Positions 39,807 through 49,848 are shown, counted from the stretch's first letter. The stretch: DNA of 64,000 nt from an uncultured Gemmatimonadaceae bacterium (GCA_963781585.1 CAWAGQ010000011.1:96001-160000); one strand, 5' to 3'. Notes: a model not told the origin generated them from the letters alone. Made by a program: numbers and translations.

Positions 39807-41074
39807 GGATACAACAGGTACGGAGCGCGAAGCTCGCGGAAGCGCTGCGCGTCCCGGTCCCACTCGGCCAGAAGAGCGGGCAGCGTGCCGTTTTCGATGG
39901 CATGGCGCAGCCGGTCAGTTCCGGCGAGCCGGTCCAGGGAGTAAGTCGTCTGGCCGTCCTGACCCGTGCTGCTCGTCCAGGCGAAGTCGTTCGGATGGAG
40001 GCGTCGCACCATGTCGATGAGGAGCATCGTGGTCGCGATGGGCCGGTAGCTTGAGCGGTCCGTGGCAACGAGACGGACACCATGGACCCGCTGACCTCCG
40101 TATTTCCGGGCGTCGGGCCGGATGTCGTAGTCCACTGCATCGAAGCGGACGCCGGCGAGCCTCAGCGCGTTCATCGAGTCCGCCACCTCTTCTGCCCGCA
40201 GCCAGGGGGCTCCCACCTGCTCGAAGGGCTTCTCGGTTCCGCGTCCCTCCGACAGGTTCGTGCCCTCGATGAAAACCGTTCCCGGATAGTGCAGGGTGCC
40301 TTCGAAGTTGGGCAAGTTCGGAGACGGCCCCTTCCAGGGGAGGTCGGTGCCGTCCATCCACAGGTCCCGTCTCCAACCGGTCATCCTCACCACCGTCAGC
40401 TCCGCGTGGATGCCGAAATGGTCGTTGTAGAATCCGGCCAGTTCCCCGGCGGTCATGCCGTGTCTGGACGCGATCGGGTAGAGTCCAACGAACGATGAGA
40501 AGGCCGGGTCGAGGATGTTGCCCTCGACGAGCGTTCCGGTGATCGGGTCGGGACGGTCGAGGACGACGAACGGGATCCCCTTCTCGGCCGCGGCCTGCAT
40601 GGCCAGCGCCATGGTCGACAGGAACGTGTACTGGCGGACTCCGACGTCCTGGATGTCGAAGACCAGCGCGTCGACGCCCCGTAGCTGCTCTGGTGTGGGC
40701 TTGCGCGTCTGCCCGAACAGCGAGTGCACCGGCAGTCCCGTCTCCTGATCGACCTCGTCGCCCACGCGGCCGGTCGCGACGCCCCGGATCCCGTGCTCGG
40801 GGGCGTAGAGGGCCACGAGCGTGAGATCGGATCGTTTCGCGAGGATGTCGATCGTGCTGGTGCCGTGGCGGTCGCGGCCGGTGTGGTTGGTGATCAGGCC
40901 CACGCGCTTGCCCACGAGGACAGCGGGCATCGAGTCGGCGAGCCTGTCCACACCCAGGAGGACGTGCGCCTGTGCCTGAGCCGGCGCCGCGGCTGAGGCG
41001 AGCGCCACCGAAGCCGTGAGGAGACCATGCAGGAGCCACGAGGTCCTTCCCCGGATCGTCGCATGCGAGAACAT
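39803..41074 (-). CDS. namZ: Exo-beta-N-acetylmuramidase (DUF1343)
   Basis: GLITNHTG, APEHG, FDIQDVGVR, LDRPDP, RHGMTAGELA, PSPNLP and SEGRGT motifs. Confidence 0.9.
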   Translation of the reverse strand: MFSHATIRGRTSWLLHGLLTASVALASAAAPAQAQAHVLLGVDRLADSMPAVLVGKRVGLITNHTGRDRHGTSTIDILAKRSDLTLVALYAPEHGIRGVATGRVGDEVDQETGLPVHSLFGQTRKPTPEQLRGVDALVFDIQDVGVRQYTFLSTMALAMQAAAEKGIPFVVLDRPDPITGTLVEGNILDPAFSSFVGLYPIASRHGMTAGELAGFYNDHFGIHAELTVVRMTGWRRDLWMDGTDLPWKGPSPNLPNFEGTLHYPGTVFIEGTNLSEGRGTEKPFEQVGAPWLRAEEVADSMNALRLAGVRFDAVDYDIRPDARKYGGQRVHGVRLVATDRSSYRPIATTMLLIDMVRRLHPNDFAWTSSTGQDGQTTYSLDRLAGTDRLRHAIENGTLPALLAEWDRDAQRFRELRAPYLLYP

Positions 41075-41199
41075 GACGACATGCCCTCTCGAGTCAGGCG
41101 GCCTGCACACGGAGCGGAGCAGACGCACCGCGAGTCCGACGGCAGGCCGGTCGGTTTGAATCAGCGTCGACCCAATATGGGCGTTCAGGCAGGAGACCG

Positions 41200-41294
41200 G
41201 ACAGTGTACGCGCGATCGACGCGCGTTTCATCGGGGCAGCATTCCAGACAGTGTACGCGCGATCGACGCGCGTTTCATCGGGGCAGCATTCCAG
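41200..41294. repeat. Perfect 47-bp tandem duplication
   Basis: GACAGTGTACGCGCGATCGACGCGCGTTTCATCGGGGCAGCATTCCA at 41200 and 41247. Confidence 0.95.
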
Positions 41295-41322
41295 CGGCCG
41301 GTACGCCGGGTCCGTCAGGCCC

Positions 41323-41790
41323 TCACAGGCATCTGAACACCTGCCCGGACGCATCGCGTCTCAGGTCGAACGTCCCCACGACCTCGTTGGTCTCGGTCAG
41401 TGTCACGGTGAGTGACAGCCGGTCGCCGGAAACGAAACCGTCGTAGCGCGCCGGGAGCTTCGGCGGAACCTCGCCCTCCATGACAGGTCCACCATGCCCG
41501 GGCGAATGCGTGCCCAGAGCGCTCACGTGCCCGCCCTCGTCGGGTACCAACGGCGCGTCGATGGTCCCGCTGGCGCAGTCGTACTCGAGTGTCCCTCCGG
41601 ACTCGTTCAGCTGCGCCAGCAGGTGGACGCCGCCCCACGTGCCAGTGAGCGGGACGCCAGGCGCGGTGACGAACGTGCCGCAGGCCGCCGCGATGCCCAA
41701 CGCCACGATGGCGCACCCCCGGCGCAGGGCCGCCGCGAGGAGACCCGGGTGTCCGGTCGATGAGCCTAACGCGATGACGGATACAACGCA
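41323..41790 (-). CDS. Hypothetical small lipoprotein
   Basis: IAAAC lipobox, then GTWGG, EYDCASG and C-terminal RCL. Start codon not identified, so the 5' coordinate is approximate. Confidence 0.6.
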   Translation of the reverse strand, partial: CVVSVIALGSSTGHPGLLAAALRRGCAIVALGIAAACGTFVTAPGVPLTGTWGGVHLLAQLNESGGTLEYDCASGTIDAPLVPDEGGHVSALGTHSPGHGGPVMEGEVPPKLPARYDGFVSGDRLSLTVTLTETNEVVGTFDLRRDASGQVFRCL

Positions 41791-41827
41791 TCGGTGACCG
41801 CCCGGTGCCAGCGCGCGCGCCCTCGGC

Positions 41828-42325
41828 TCAGAGCGCCTTCCGGACCGCCGCGTCGATGTCCTGGTCGGCGCCCACGCCGGTATACACCACCTTGCCAGCG
41901 GCGTCGATGACGACGATGTACGAAGTGGCCGGTGCCTCATAGTTGCCTGCCGCGTTGCCGTCCCGGTCCCAGACGATGTCCTGCTTCATCCCGTGCGCGT
42001 CCCTGTAGGCTTTGACACGCTCGACCGTCTGGTTCACTGACACAGCCACCGCCACGAATTTCACCTTTCCGGCATACTTCCCGATGGCGGCCTTCATCCG
42101 CGGCTCCAGCGCCCGGCAGTTGGGGCACCACGTCGCCCAGAACTCCAGCAGCACCGGTCCCTTCCCGATGTACTGGGACAAGTCGGCGGGCTGACCGTCG
42201 AGCGTCTCGACCGCGGCGGCCGGCGCCACGGAACCCACCGCAATCCCCGACTCCTGACTCCACGCCGTGGCCGGGATGCCGGCCGCGAGCGCGATCAACG
42301 CCACCTTCACCAGGCTCGATGTCAT
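41828..42325 (-). CDS. TlpA-family thiol:disulfide oxidoreductase
   Basis: Signal peptide and LEFWATWCPNC; ATGA overlap with ccdA. Confidence 0.9.
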   Translation of the reverse strand: MTSSLVKVALIALAAGIPATAWSQESGIAVGSVAPAAAVETLDGQPADLSQYIGKGPVLLEFWATWCPNCRALEPRMKAAIGKYAGKVKFVAVAVSVNQTVERVKAYRDAHGMKQDIVWDRDGNAAGNYEAPATSYIVVIDAAGKVVYTGVGADQDIDAAVRKAL

Positions 42326-43038
42326 AGCAGGACCTGTCCCATCTTCACCAGATAATACTCGGCCGCCCCCAGCATCACGAATCCGAAGACGCGCTTCACG
42401 CGAAGCATCCAGACACCGGCCCGCGGCAGCCGGGCCAGGGCGCCCGAGGATACCCCGACCAGGAAAAGAAGTGCGCACATGCCGAGCGAGAAGACAAACA
42501 GATAGCTGAATCCGAGCACGGCGCTATGGGTGTGCGTCACCCAGGTGAGTACCGCGGCCATCACGGGCGCGGAGCATGGCGCCGCCACCAGCCCCGACAC
42601 CGCACCCATCGCGAACGCACCGGCGCCGTGTCCGCCACGTCCCACCCGATTCGCCCACTCCATGGTGGACTGCGGCATCCGCAGCGTGAACACGTCCAGC
42701 ATGAACAGCCCCGCCAGCAGCAGCGCGTTTGCCTGCACGAAGTAGAGCCACGGATTCGAGCTCACGGTGCCGAAGATCGTGCCCGAGAGCCCCGCGAAGA
42801 GACCGAGCGACGCGTAGACGAGTGACAGTCCGAGTACGTACGCCAGCGTCAGCATCACCGGCTTTCTCGCAGGCGTCCCCACGCCGACCGACTCGCCCCC
42901 GACCAGCGCGAGCGTGATCGGGATCATCGGGTAGATGCATGGTGTGAGGCTGGTGAGCACGCCGCCCAGAAACAGCAGCGGGAGCGCGGTCAGGGGGCTG
43001 GCTGTCAGACGATCAGCGATTCCGGTGAAGTCGATCAT
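42322..43038 (-). CDS. ccdA: CcdA / DsbD-beta disulfide transport membrane protein
   Basis: SLTPCIYPMIPIT, AAPCSAPV and LPRAGVWM motifs. Confidence 0.88.
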   Translation of the reverse strand: MIDFTGIADRLTASPLTALPLLFLGGVLTSLTPCIYPMIPITLALVGGESVGVGTPARKPVMLTLAYVLGLSLVYASLGLFAGLSGTIFGTVSSNPWLYFVQANALLLAGLFMLDVFTLRMPQSTMEWANRVGRGGHGAGAFAMGAVSGLVAAPCSAPVMAAVLTWVTHTHSAVLGFSYLFVFSLGMCALLFLVGVSSGALARLPRAGVWMLRVKRVFGFVMLGAAEYYLVKMGQVLL

Positions 43039-43043
43039 TTTGA

Positions 43044-43078
43044 AAGGCCAAAGGCCAAAGGCCATAGGCCATAGGTCA
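43044..43078. repeat. Heptamer array (WAGGCCA x5)
   Basis: AAGGCCA x3, TAGGCCA, TAGGTCA; fills the spacer between the upstream stop and the ccdA start. Confidence 0.85.
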
Positions 43079-45358
43079 ACTGCGGAACTGGTAGGCTAAC
43101 TTCACGAAGAATCCGTCCTGGGCGCGGCGCAACCGGTCGAGCCCGGGGGTCTCGGGGCGCTCGAGCGTACTCCCGTAGCCGAAGAACGCCACGGTGCCGG
43201 GCGTGGGCTCGAACGAAATCAGCCAGTCGGTGCGCAGGTTCCTGGTGTGCGTGGCCACCGAGGGCGCGCCGTTGACGTACAGGGGGCTCAGGGTCGTCCC
43301 GGCGGCCAGCAGCGCGGCCGTGCGCTCGTCGCGCAGCTCGCTCACCACCCGGAAGAAGAGCGAACGGGACGGTTGATACTCCAGCTTGAGCCGCGGAATG
43401 AACGTGCGGGCGTACTCGGAGCCGTCGCGCACCCGCGAGATATGCGAGAACGCCGCCAGCGCCTGCACCCTGATGCTCGGCGTGGGCCGGAAGCCTAACG
43501 AGACATTGTAGCGGGTGGTGGTCCCTTCCGATCCCTCGGCGAAGATCGGGACGTGCGCCCAGACCAGCGCCAGCGAGGCGTCCACCGTGCGCAGGACCGG
43601 CGTGCTGACCGCCATCGAATCGGACCAGAGGTTGCGCAGTTTGCGTGGCGGCAGGTAGGGCACCAGCTCGCCGCCGGCCGTGGCCACCGACAGATTGCGG
43701 AAATTCGCCGGGTCCATGCCGAAGAAACTGCGGGCGGCAATCCCGTTCACCCGCCATCCCCCGCGCAGATTCACCATCATCCGCACGTTCTCCTGCCCCT
43801 CGAGCGCGGCGTGGTGGAGAAAATCGTCGTAGTGCCAGATACGGTTCGGACCCCCGAAGAACCACGCGCTCTGGATCAGCGAACGATCGGTCCTGCCCCA
43901 GAAGGCGACGCGGTTGAAAAAGCCCAGGTTGACGTTGTCGGAGCGTGGCACGAACCCCGCAGCGCTCTCGAAGTCCGGGCCGAATCCCACCAGCGAATAG
44001 TGGAAGCCCCAGGTGTGTCCGGTGCGATCCCAGACCGCGCTGTACAGGGGCGACGAGCGTGTCCCGTCGCCGTGTCGTGTCCAGGACTGCCCGAACTGGG
44101 TCTCCAGGTAGTAGTACCTGGCGAAGACCAGCCGGGAATCGGCGGCCAGGACGGTGTTGGTCGTGTCGCCGGCGCGCCGGTCGGTGAACGTGATCCCGCC
44201 AATCGAGTTGCCGCCGAAGTCCGTCCGCAGTCGCGACACGTTGAAGAGCGCGTTAGGCCCGGGCCGGTCGTCGACCGCGGTGAGATGCGCCAGGCCGAAC
44301 CGCCCGAACTTTCCCGTGATCTTGGCGCCGGCCGCGGGAGTCACGATCTGGCGCGTGTAAACGAGCTGGTTGGGCGTACTGAAGAGCTCGATCCCTTCCA
44401 GGAAGAAGGGGCGCTTCTCGGGAATGAACAACGCGAAGCGCTCGTTGGCGGTGACCAGGCCGACATCGGTTTCCACCTGGCTGAAGTCGGGATTGATGGT
44501 CCCGTCGAGCGAGATGGCGGGGAAGCCGAGCCGCAGATTGACCCCGGCGTCCGCCTTCGCATTCTCGCGCTTGAATCCGCCGGTCACCGCGTCGCGCGCG
44601 CCGTTCATGGTGCCGGTCACGAACGGTTGCCATTCGCCGACGATCCCGCGCTCCACGTTGGCGATGCCGCTCATGGTGCCCGATTGCACCAGGAAACTGG
44701 CCGAGGCGCGCTTGGTGTCGACCCAGGTGTCCTCGGTGTTGGCGCTCGGCGTGTAGCGGGCGATGTTGAGGCCCCAGGTCTGTGACCCCGACGACGCGAA
44801 GCGGAGGCTCTTGAACGGAATCCGCACTTCCACCACGTAGGCGCTGTCGGTAATGCGCCCCGCCGACTGGTACTGAAAGTCCGGGTTGAGATCCTCGCCG
44901 AACCCGAACATCTGTCCGGCCGCTCCGGATCCTTCGCTCAGCACCCCGTCGAGCTGCACGCCGAGGGGGTTGACGCCGAACATGAACGCCCGGCGGTGGT
45001 CGTTGAAGGTGTCGAGGTAGATGACCACGCGATCGTCGCTGGTGATGTTGTCGCGCTTGGAAAGCGTGGCGCTCACCTGAACGCCCGGTCTCACGTGGGC
45101 GACGATCCCGAAGTACAGCGCCTTGGCCGTGTAGAGCACGAGCACGTCGGTCGGCTGGTCGGCCGGCCGGCCGTCGACCGGCTGGTATTGTGAGAACCCC
45201 GTTAGGCGGGCGGCGCCGGACCAGGCGGAATCGCCGAGCACGCCGTCGACGACGGGCTCGCTGGATGCGCGCGGCACCGTGAACTGGGGGGCCCCGGTGC
45301 CGGGAATGGCCTGCGTGGTCCGGATCTGGAAGAACGCGAGAAGCGCGACGGCGATCAT
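43076..45358 (-). CDS. CBM9-like / DUF5916 outer-membrane protein
   Basis: VDGVLGDSAW, DTFND..RAF.F.VNPLGVQ, VEVRIPFKSLRF, INPDFSQVE and EKRPFFLEG motifs. Confidence 0.88.
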   Translation of the reverse strand: MIAVALLAFFQIRTTQAIPGTGAPQFTVPRASSEPVVDGVLGDSAWSGAARLTGFSQYQPVDGRPADQPTDVLVLYTAKALYFGIVAHVRPGVQVSATLSKRDNITSDDRVVIYLDTFNDHRRAFMFGVNPLGVQLDGVLSEGSGAAGQMFGFGEDLNPDFQYQSAGRITDSAYVVEVRIPFKSLRFASSGSQTWGLNIARYTPSANTEDTWVDTKRASASFLVQSGTMSGIANVERGIVGEWQPFVTGTMNGARDAVTGGFKRENAKADAGVNLRLGFPAISLDGTINPDFSQVETDVGLVTANERFALFIPEKRPFFLEGIELFSTPNQLVYTRQIVTPAAGAKITGKFGRFGLAHLTAVDDRPGPNALFNVSRLRTDFGGNSIGGITFTDRRAGDTTNTVLAADSRLVFARYYYLETQFGQSWTRHGDGTRSSPLYSAVWDRTGHTWGFHYSLVGFGPDFESAAGFVPRSDNVNLGFFNRVAFWGRTDRSLIQSAWFFGGPNRIWHYDDFLHHAALEGQENVRMMVNLRGGWRVNGIAARSFFGMDPANFRNLSVATAGGELVPYLPPRKLRNLWSDSMAVSTPVLRTVDASLALVWAHVPIFAEGSEGTTTRYNVSLGFRPTPSIRVQALAAFSHISRVRDGSEYARTFIPRLKLEYQPSRSLFFRVVSELRDERTAALLAAGTTLSPLYVNGAPSVATHTRNLRTDWLISFEPTPGTVAFFGYGSTLERPETPGLDRLRRAQDGFFVKLAYQFRS

Positions 45359-45398
45359 CCGGGCGAATTTACAGGGTGCGCGACCGCCGCGAAGGCTG

Positions 45399-46385
45399 TC
45401 ACGCGTCGGCCGCGATCGTCCCGACCATCGCCACCGGCTCGCCCGTGCTCATGGCCGGCGACGCCACCACGTACAGCACCACGCCATCCAGCGGTGCGCG
45501 CACCTCGCCGATCTGCTCCCCGAAATAGTCCGTCAGGCGGCCGAGCAGATCGCCCTTCCGCACCTGCTGATCGGGTGTCACCGCCGGATGCCAGGTGCCC
45601 GATCCGGGACTCGTCAGCACTTCCGACGGATCGATCCACCGCGGCTTCCCCGCCGCCTCAGGCGGTCCCGGGAGCATGCCGAGGTACCGCATGACGCCGA
45701 ACGCACCGCGGACATTGAGGGCGACCATCTCCCCGGTCGGGACCCCGACCTCGCCTGCCTCGGTGGTCACGGCCGGCTTGCCGCGCACGTGCGCGGTGTT
45801 GGAGCAGAACACGGTGGCGCCGCGATCCCGGGGCCGTCCGCGATCGATGACGATGTAATCGAGCCCGAAGGCCACCGCCATCTCGCGCGCCGTCGCATCC
45901 ACCCGCGCATCGAGGCCGAGGTTGTTCCAGTACGAGTACGGCCGCAGCGACTCGTTCCCGTCGCCCGAGTGCATGTCGACCAGGTACTCGCACTGATCGA
46001 TCACCTGCGTGGTGATGGCGTGGGCGATGCGTTCGGACGCCGTCCCATCCGGCTGACCCGGAAACACGCGATTCAGGTTCTTCTGATCCCACGGGCCGCG
46101 GTAGATGGTGCGATGCACGAACGAGGGGACGTTGGCGATGTGGACGAGGATCACGGTCCCCGAGAGGTGCGCCGGATCGAGCTCGGCGCGCACCCGCTGG
46201 AGCGCGAGAATCGGTGACGGCTCCGACCCGTGGGTCCCGGCGATCAGCGCCAGGACCGGCCCATCCTTGGCGCCGGAGACGATGCTGACGGGAATGCGCG
46301 TGCCGGGATCACGGCCTTCAGGCACGTCGATGAATCCCGAGACCTTCTCGCTGGGTCGCGACGTCGCGGATCCGATGGTCGGCAT
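45399..46385 (-). CDS. Succinylglutamate desuccinylase / aspartoacylase (M14-like) family protein
   Basis: AGTHGSE, NLNRVFPG, DMHSG and TEAG motifs; C-terminal barrel-sandwich domain. Confidence 0.88.
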   Translation of the reverse strand: MPTIGSATSRPSEKVSGFIDVPEGRDPGTRIPVSIVSGAKDGPVLALIAGTHGSEPSPILALQRVRAELDPAHLSGTVILVHIANVPSFVHRTIYRGPWDQKNLNRVFPGQPDGTASERIAHAITTQVIDQCEYLVDMHSGDGNESLRPYSYWNNLGLDARVDATAREMAVAFGLDYIVIDRGRPRDRGATVFCSNTAHVRGKPAVTTEAGEVGVPTGEMVALNVRGAFGVMRYLGMLPGPPEAAGKPRWIDPSEVLTSPGSGTWHPAVTPDQQVRKGDLLGRLTDYFGEQIGEVRAPLDGVVLYVVASPAMSTGEPVAMVGTIAADA

Positions 46386-46679
46386 GGCTCAGCGACCGCC
46401 CCAGCCGCTGCCCGGGAAGAGGGCGCGCCCGGGCAATCCGATGCTGATTCGCATGACGACCTCTCCGTCGGGGAAAGCGCGCCAATCGGACGTGGTGGAA
46501 CCGGCGGCGCCCTGATGAAAATGGCCGGGATGAGGCCGGCCGCCAATGGCACGGCTGGTCTCGTGACGCGCCGGGGGTGCGGCCGCCGGCAATCGGCGGG
46601 AGGCCATTGGCTAGATTATCTGCCCCGGGTCGCCCGCGTGTCCGGCCCCGGCGTGTGTGCTCACCGAGTCGAAGCAGCG

Positions 46680-48356
46680 ATGCCGCCGCAATTCATCTAC
46701 GTCATGAAGGCCCTGACGAAGGTCGTACCTCCGTCGCGGGTCATCCTGAACGACATCTGGCTCTCGTTCTATCCGGGGGCCAAGATCGGCGTGCTGGGCG
46801 CCAACGGGGCCGGGAAGAGCTCGCTCCTGCGCATCATGGCCGGCATCGATCAGGATTACAACGGTGAAGCCTGGGCCGCGCAGGGTACCAGGATCGGCTT
46901 CCTCCCGCAGGAGCCGTCGCTCGATACCGCGCTCGACGTGCGCGGCAACGTCGAGCTGGCGGTGAAGGCACAGCGCGCACTGCTCGACCGCTTCAACGAA
47001 ATCGCGATGGCGTTCGCGGAGCCCATGGACGACGGCGCGATGCAGAAGCTGCTCGACGAGCAGTCGCGGGTCCAGGACCGCATCGACGCCATGGACCTGT
47101 GGAACCTCGACAATACGATCGAGGTGGCGATGGATGCGCTGCGCCTTCCCCCGCCCGACGCCGACGTCTCCAGGCTCTCGGGCGGGGAAAAGCGTCGCGT
47201 CGCGCTCTGCCGGATCCTGCTCGAGCAGCCCGATCTGTTGCTGCTCGACGAGCCGACCAACCATCTCGACGCCGAGAGTGTGGCGTGGCTGGAGAAACAC
47301 CTCGAGACCTTTCCCGGCACCGTGGTGGCGATCACCCACGACCGGTACTTCCTGGACAACGTGGCGAAGTGGATTCTCGAGCTCGACCGCGGCCGGGGGT
47401 ATCCGTACGAGGGGAACTACTCGCAGTGGCTGGAGCAGAAGCGGGTGCGTCTGGCGCAGGAGGAGAAGGCGGCCAGCGCCCGCCAGCGAACGCTGGAACG
47501 CGAGCTGGAGTGGGTGCGCCTGGCGCCGCGCGCTCGTCAGGCAAAGAACAAGGCCCGGATCCAGAAGTACGAGGATCTGGTGAGCGATCAGCAGCTGGAG
47601 CGGGTGGCCCAGAACGAAATCGTGATCCCGCCACCGCCCCGACTCGGCAACGACGTGGTCATCGCCGACAAACTGAAGAAGGGATACGGCGACAACCTGC
47701 TGTTCGACGGGATGTCATTCGCGCTGCCGCGCGGGGGGCTGGTGGGGATCATCGGACCGAACGGGGCAGGGAAGACGACCCTGTTCCGGCTGATCAACGG
47801 GGGCGAGACGCCTGACGCCGGCTCGCTCCGGATCGGGGAGACGGTGGTGATCGCGTACGCCGACCAGACCCGGACGCTCGACGGCGCGCGCACCGTGTGG
47901 GACGAGATCTCCGGCGGCCGCGACACCATTCCGGTCGGGAAGCGCGAGATGAACTCGCGCGCCTACGTGGCGGGATTCGGGTTCCGCGGGGCCGACCAGC
48001 AGAAGCTCGTGGCCAATCTCTCGGGGGGCGAGCGCAACCGGCTGCACCTCGCGAAGACGCTGATGTCGGGCGGCAACCTGCTGCTGCTCGACGAGCCGAC
48101 CAACGATCTGGATGTCGATACGCTGCGCGCGCTGGAGGAGGCGCTGCTCGACTTCGCCGGGTGCGCGGTGATCATCACTCACGATCGCTGGTTTCTCGAC
48201 CGGATCGCGACCCACATTCTGGCGTTCGAGGGCGAGAGCGAGACCGTCTGGTTCGAGGGCAATTACCAGGCGTACATCGACGATCTGCGGAAGCGCAAAG
48301 GCCCGGACGCGGACCAGCCGCACCGGATCAAATACCGCAAGCTCGTGCGGGCATGA
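46680..48356 (+). CDS. ettA: Energy-dependent translational throttle ABC-F protein
   Basis: LSFYPGAKIGVLG, two Walker A/LSGGE modules, ARQAKNKAR linker and PHRIKYRKL end. Confidence 0.96.
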   Translation: MPPQFIYVMKALTKVVPPSRVILNDIWLSFYPGAKIGVLGANGAGKSSLLRIMAGIDQDYNGEAWAAQGTRIGFLPQEPSLDTALDVRGNVELAVKAQRALLDRFNEIAMAFAEPMDDGAMQKLLDEQSRVQDRIDAMDLWNLDNTIEVAMDALRLPPPDADVSRLSGGEKRRVALCRILLEQPDLLLLDEPTNHLDAESVAWLEKHLETFPGTVVAITHDRYFLDNVAKWILELDRGRGYPYEGNYSQWLEQKRVRLAQEEKAASARQRTLERELEWVRLAPRARQAKNKARIQKYEDLVSDQQLERVAQNEIVIPPPPRLGNDVVIADKLKKGYGDNLLFDGMSFALPRGGLVGIIGPNGAGKTTLFRLINGGETPDAGSLRIGETVVIAYADQTRTLDGARTVWDEISGGRDTIPVGKREMNSRAYVAGFGFRGADQQKLVANLSGGERNRLHLAKTLMSGGNLLLLDEPTNDLDVDTLRALEEALLDFAGCAVIITHDRWFLDRIATHILAFEGESETVWFEGNYQAYIDDLRKRKGPDADQPHRIKYRKLVRA

Positions 48357-48497
48357 GTCGACAGTCCAGAGGCCGAAACCGGCACCGGCATCCAGCACCG
48401 GCAGAGAGCATCCTGTTCAAGCGTGCAGTGTCCAGCATTCAGCTCTGGAACGAGGAATCGGTTCAGGCATTCAGTAACCGGCAGTCACCGGTAGTCC

Positions 48498-48571
48498 GCG
48501 CCCGTAGCTCAATTGGATAGAGCTTCTGACTTCGGATCAGAGGGTTGGGGGTTCGAGTCCCTCCGGGCGCA
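48498..48571 (+). tRNA. tRNA-Arg, anticodon TCG; CCA not encoded
   Basis: Acceptor stem GCGCCCG/CGGGCGC, D arm GCTC..GAGC, anticodon arm TCTGA-CTTCGGA-TCAGA, T loop TTCGAGT. Confidence 0.95.
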
Positions 48572-48695
48572 TCCGCCATCGTGCCGTCGACTCCCGGCGC
48601 GCCAATGAAACGTCGTCGATCCGCGCCGCGCGTGAAGAGAGTGCCCGGTCGCCGGTCAGACGTGCGCCAACGCGCCTCGGCAATGCAGCGCCCGG

Positions 48696-49727
48696 TCAGG
48701 GCTGCGGGCGCAACTCCCGCAGCAAATCCGTGTTGGTGAACACGCGCCCCAGGGGTGTCCGGGACTTCAACCAGTGCCGTGACTCGAAACGGAGCCGATA
48801 GAGCGCTCGCAGCAACCCGTCCGCCGCACTGGTCCGCAACGCCTCGCGAGGCGATTCAAGCGAATAGCCGAGTTCCTCGAGAAACGCGCCGATCAGCGAC
48901 TCGAGCCGCGCCAACTCCCGTTCCGAGTAGCCCTTCCTCCATCGGCCCACGGGATTGAACCGCGCGCCCGGCTCCTTCTCCGGAAAGGAGGTGTTCGGCC
49001 GGCTCACCGAACCGATACCTGTCTCCAGGATGCGGTCGTAGTCCAGATCATGTTCCAGAAATGGCTCCAGCGCCGCCAGTGCTTCGCGCGGCTTCGTGGT
49101 GAGCGTTTCGAAGGACACCTCGGCGTACACATCCGGATACCGTCGCCCGTTGGTTCTTCCCCTTCCCACAATCCATTCCCAGAACAGGGCCGACGCGAGC
49201 ACGGCCTGCAGAGGACTCTTCAGGAACGGACGGATCCACCCCTGCTGCGCGAGCGAAAGGGCGACATCCCGGCCGTCGCGGATGATGTGCACGAACAACG
49301 CGTCGGGGATCGTGCGCCTGATCTCATCGATGTACAGCAGGTTGTCCGGCGAGCAGTCCGCCCAGCGACGCACCCCCTGTTTCTCGGCGATGCTCTCCAT
49401 GAAGATGCGCAGGAAATCCCCGGCGTTGTGACATCCGGCACTGATCCGGTTCCGGAATTCCGCGGGATCCAGTCCGGATCGAGTGAAGTAGGCGCTCGGC
49501 AGCCACTCGGCGAAAAGCGCGTCGCGGTTGCGTGCCTGCCCCGGGTTGCCGAACCGCGGCTCGAGCAGGCTGAAGACGAGGGCTTCAGACCGATACACGG
49601 CGAAGTCGCCGGCCGAGAGCAGCATGTGGTACAGCAGCGTCGTCCCGGAGCGGGGAGAGCCAATCACAAAGACCGGCGCGCGATTCCTTGCGCGCGCAGA
49701 TCGTCCGACCGGCGTTGGGTCTTCCAT
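48696..49727 (-). CDS. PAPS-dependent sulfotransferase family protein
   Basis: VFVIGSPRSGTTLL (5'-PSB), IIRDGRDVALS (3'-PB) and VGRWR motifs. Confidence 0.9.
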   Translation of the reverse strand: MEDPTPVGRSARARNRAPVFVIGSPRSGTTLLYHMLLSAGDFAVYRSEALVFSLLEPRFGNPGQARNRDALFAEWLPSAYFTRSGLDPAEFRNRISAGCHNAGDFLRIFMESIAEKQGVRRWADCSPDNLLYIDEIRRTIPDALFVHIIRDGRDVALSLAQQGWIRPFLKSPLQAVLASALFWEWIVGRGRTNGRRYPDVYAEVSFETLTTKPREALAALEPFLEHDLDYDRILETGIGSVSRPNTSFPEKEPGARFNPVGRWRKGYSERELARLESLIGAFLEELGYSLESPREALRTSAADGLLRALYRLRFESRHWLKSRTPLGRVFTNTDLLRELRPQP

Positions 49728-49848
49728 TGCTCCTCGTGCGGGTGATGCCGTTCCTGTTTGCCGATGGGTATGTGAAATTCACCCTGCGCCGGTCGCGCGG
49801 CAACTCCATTCTGGATGATCGCAGTCCCCGCGAGGGCGGGAGCGTGAC

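Noticed and set aside
41200..41294. 47-bp repeats as CRISPR or attachment sites
   Set aside because: Only two directly adjacent copies with no spacer or intervening element.
48550..48700. Genomic island integrated at tRNA-Arg
   Set aside because: No duplicated tRNA 3' end or adjacent integrase was seen in the window.
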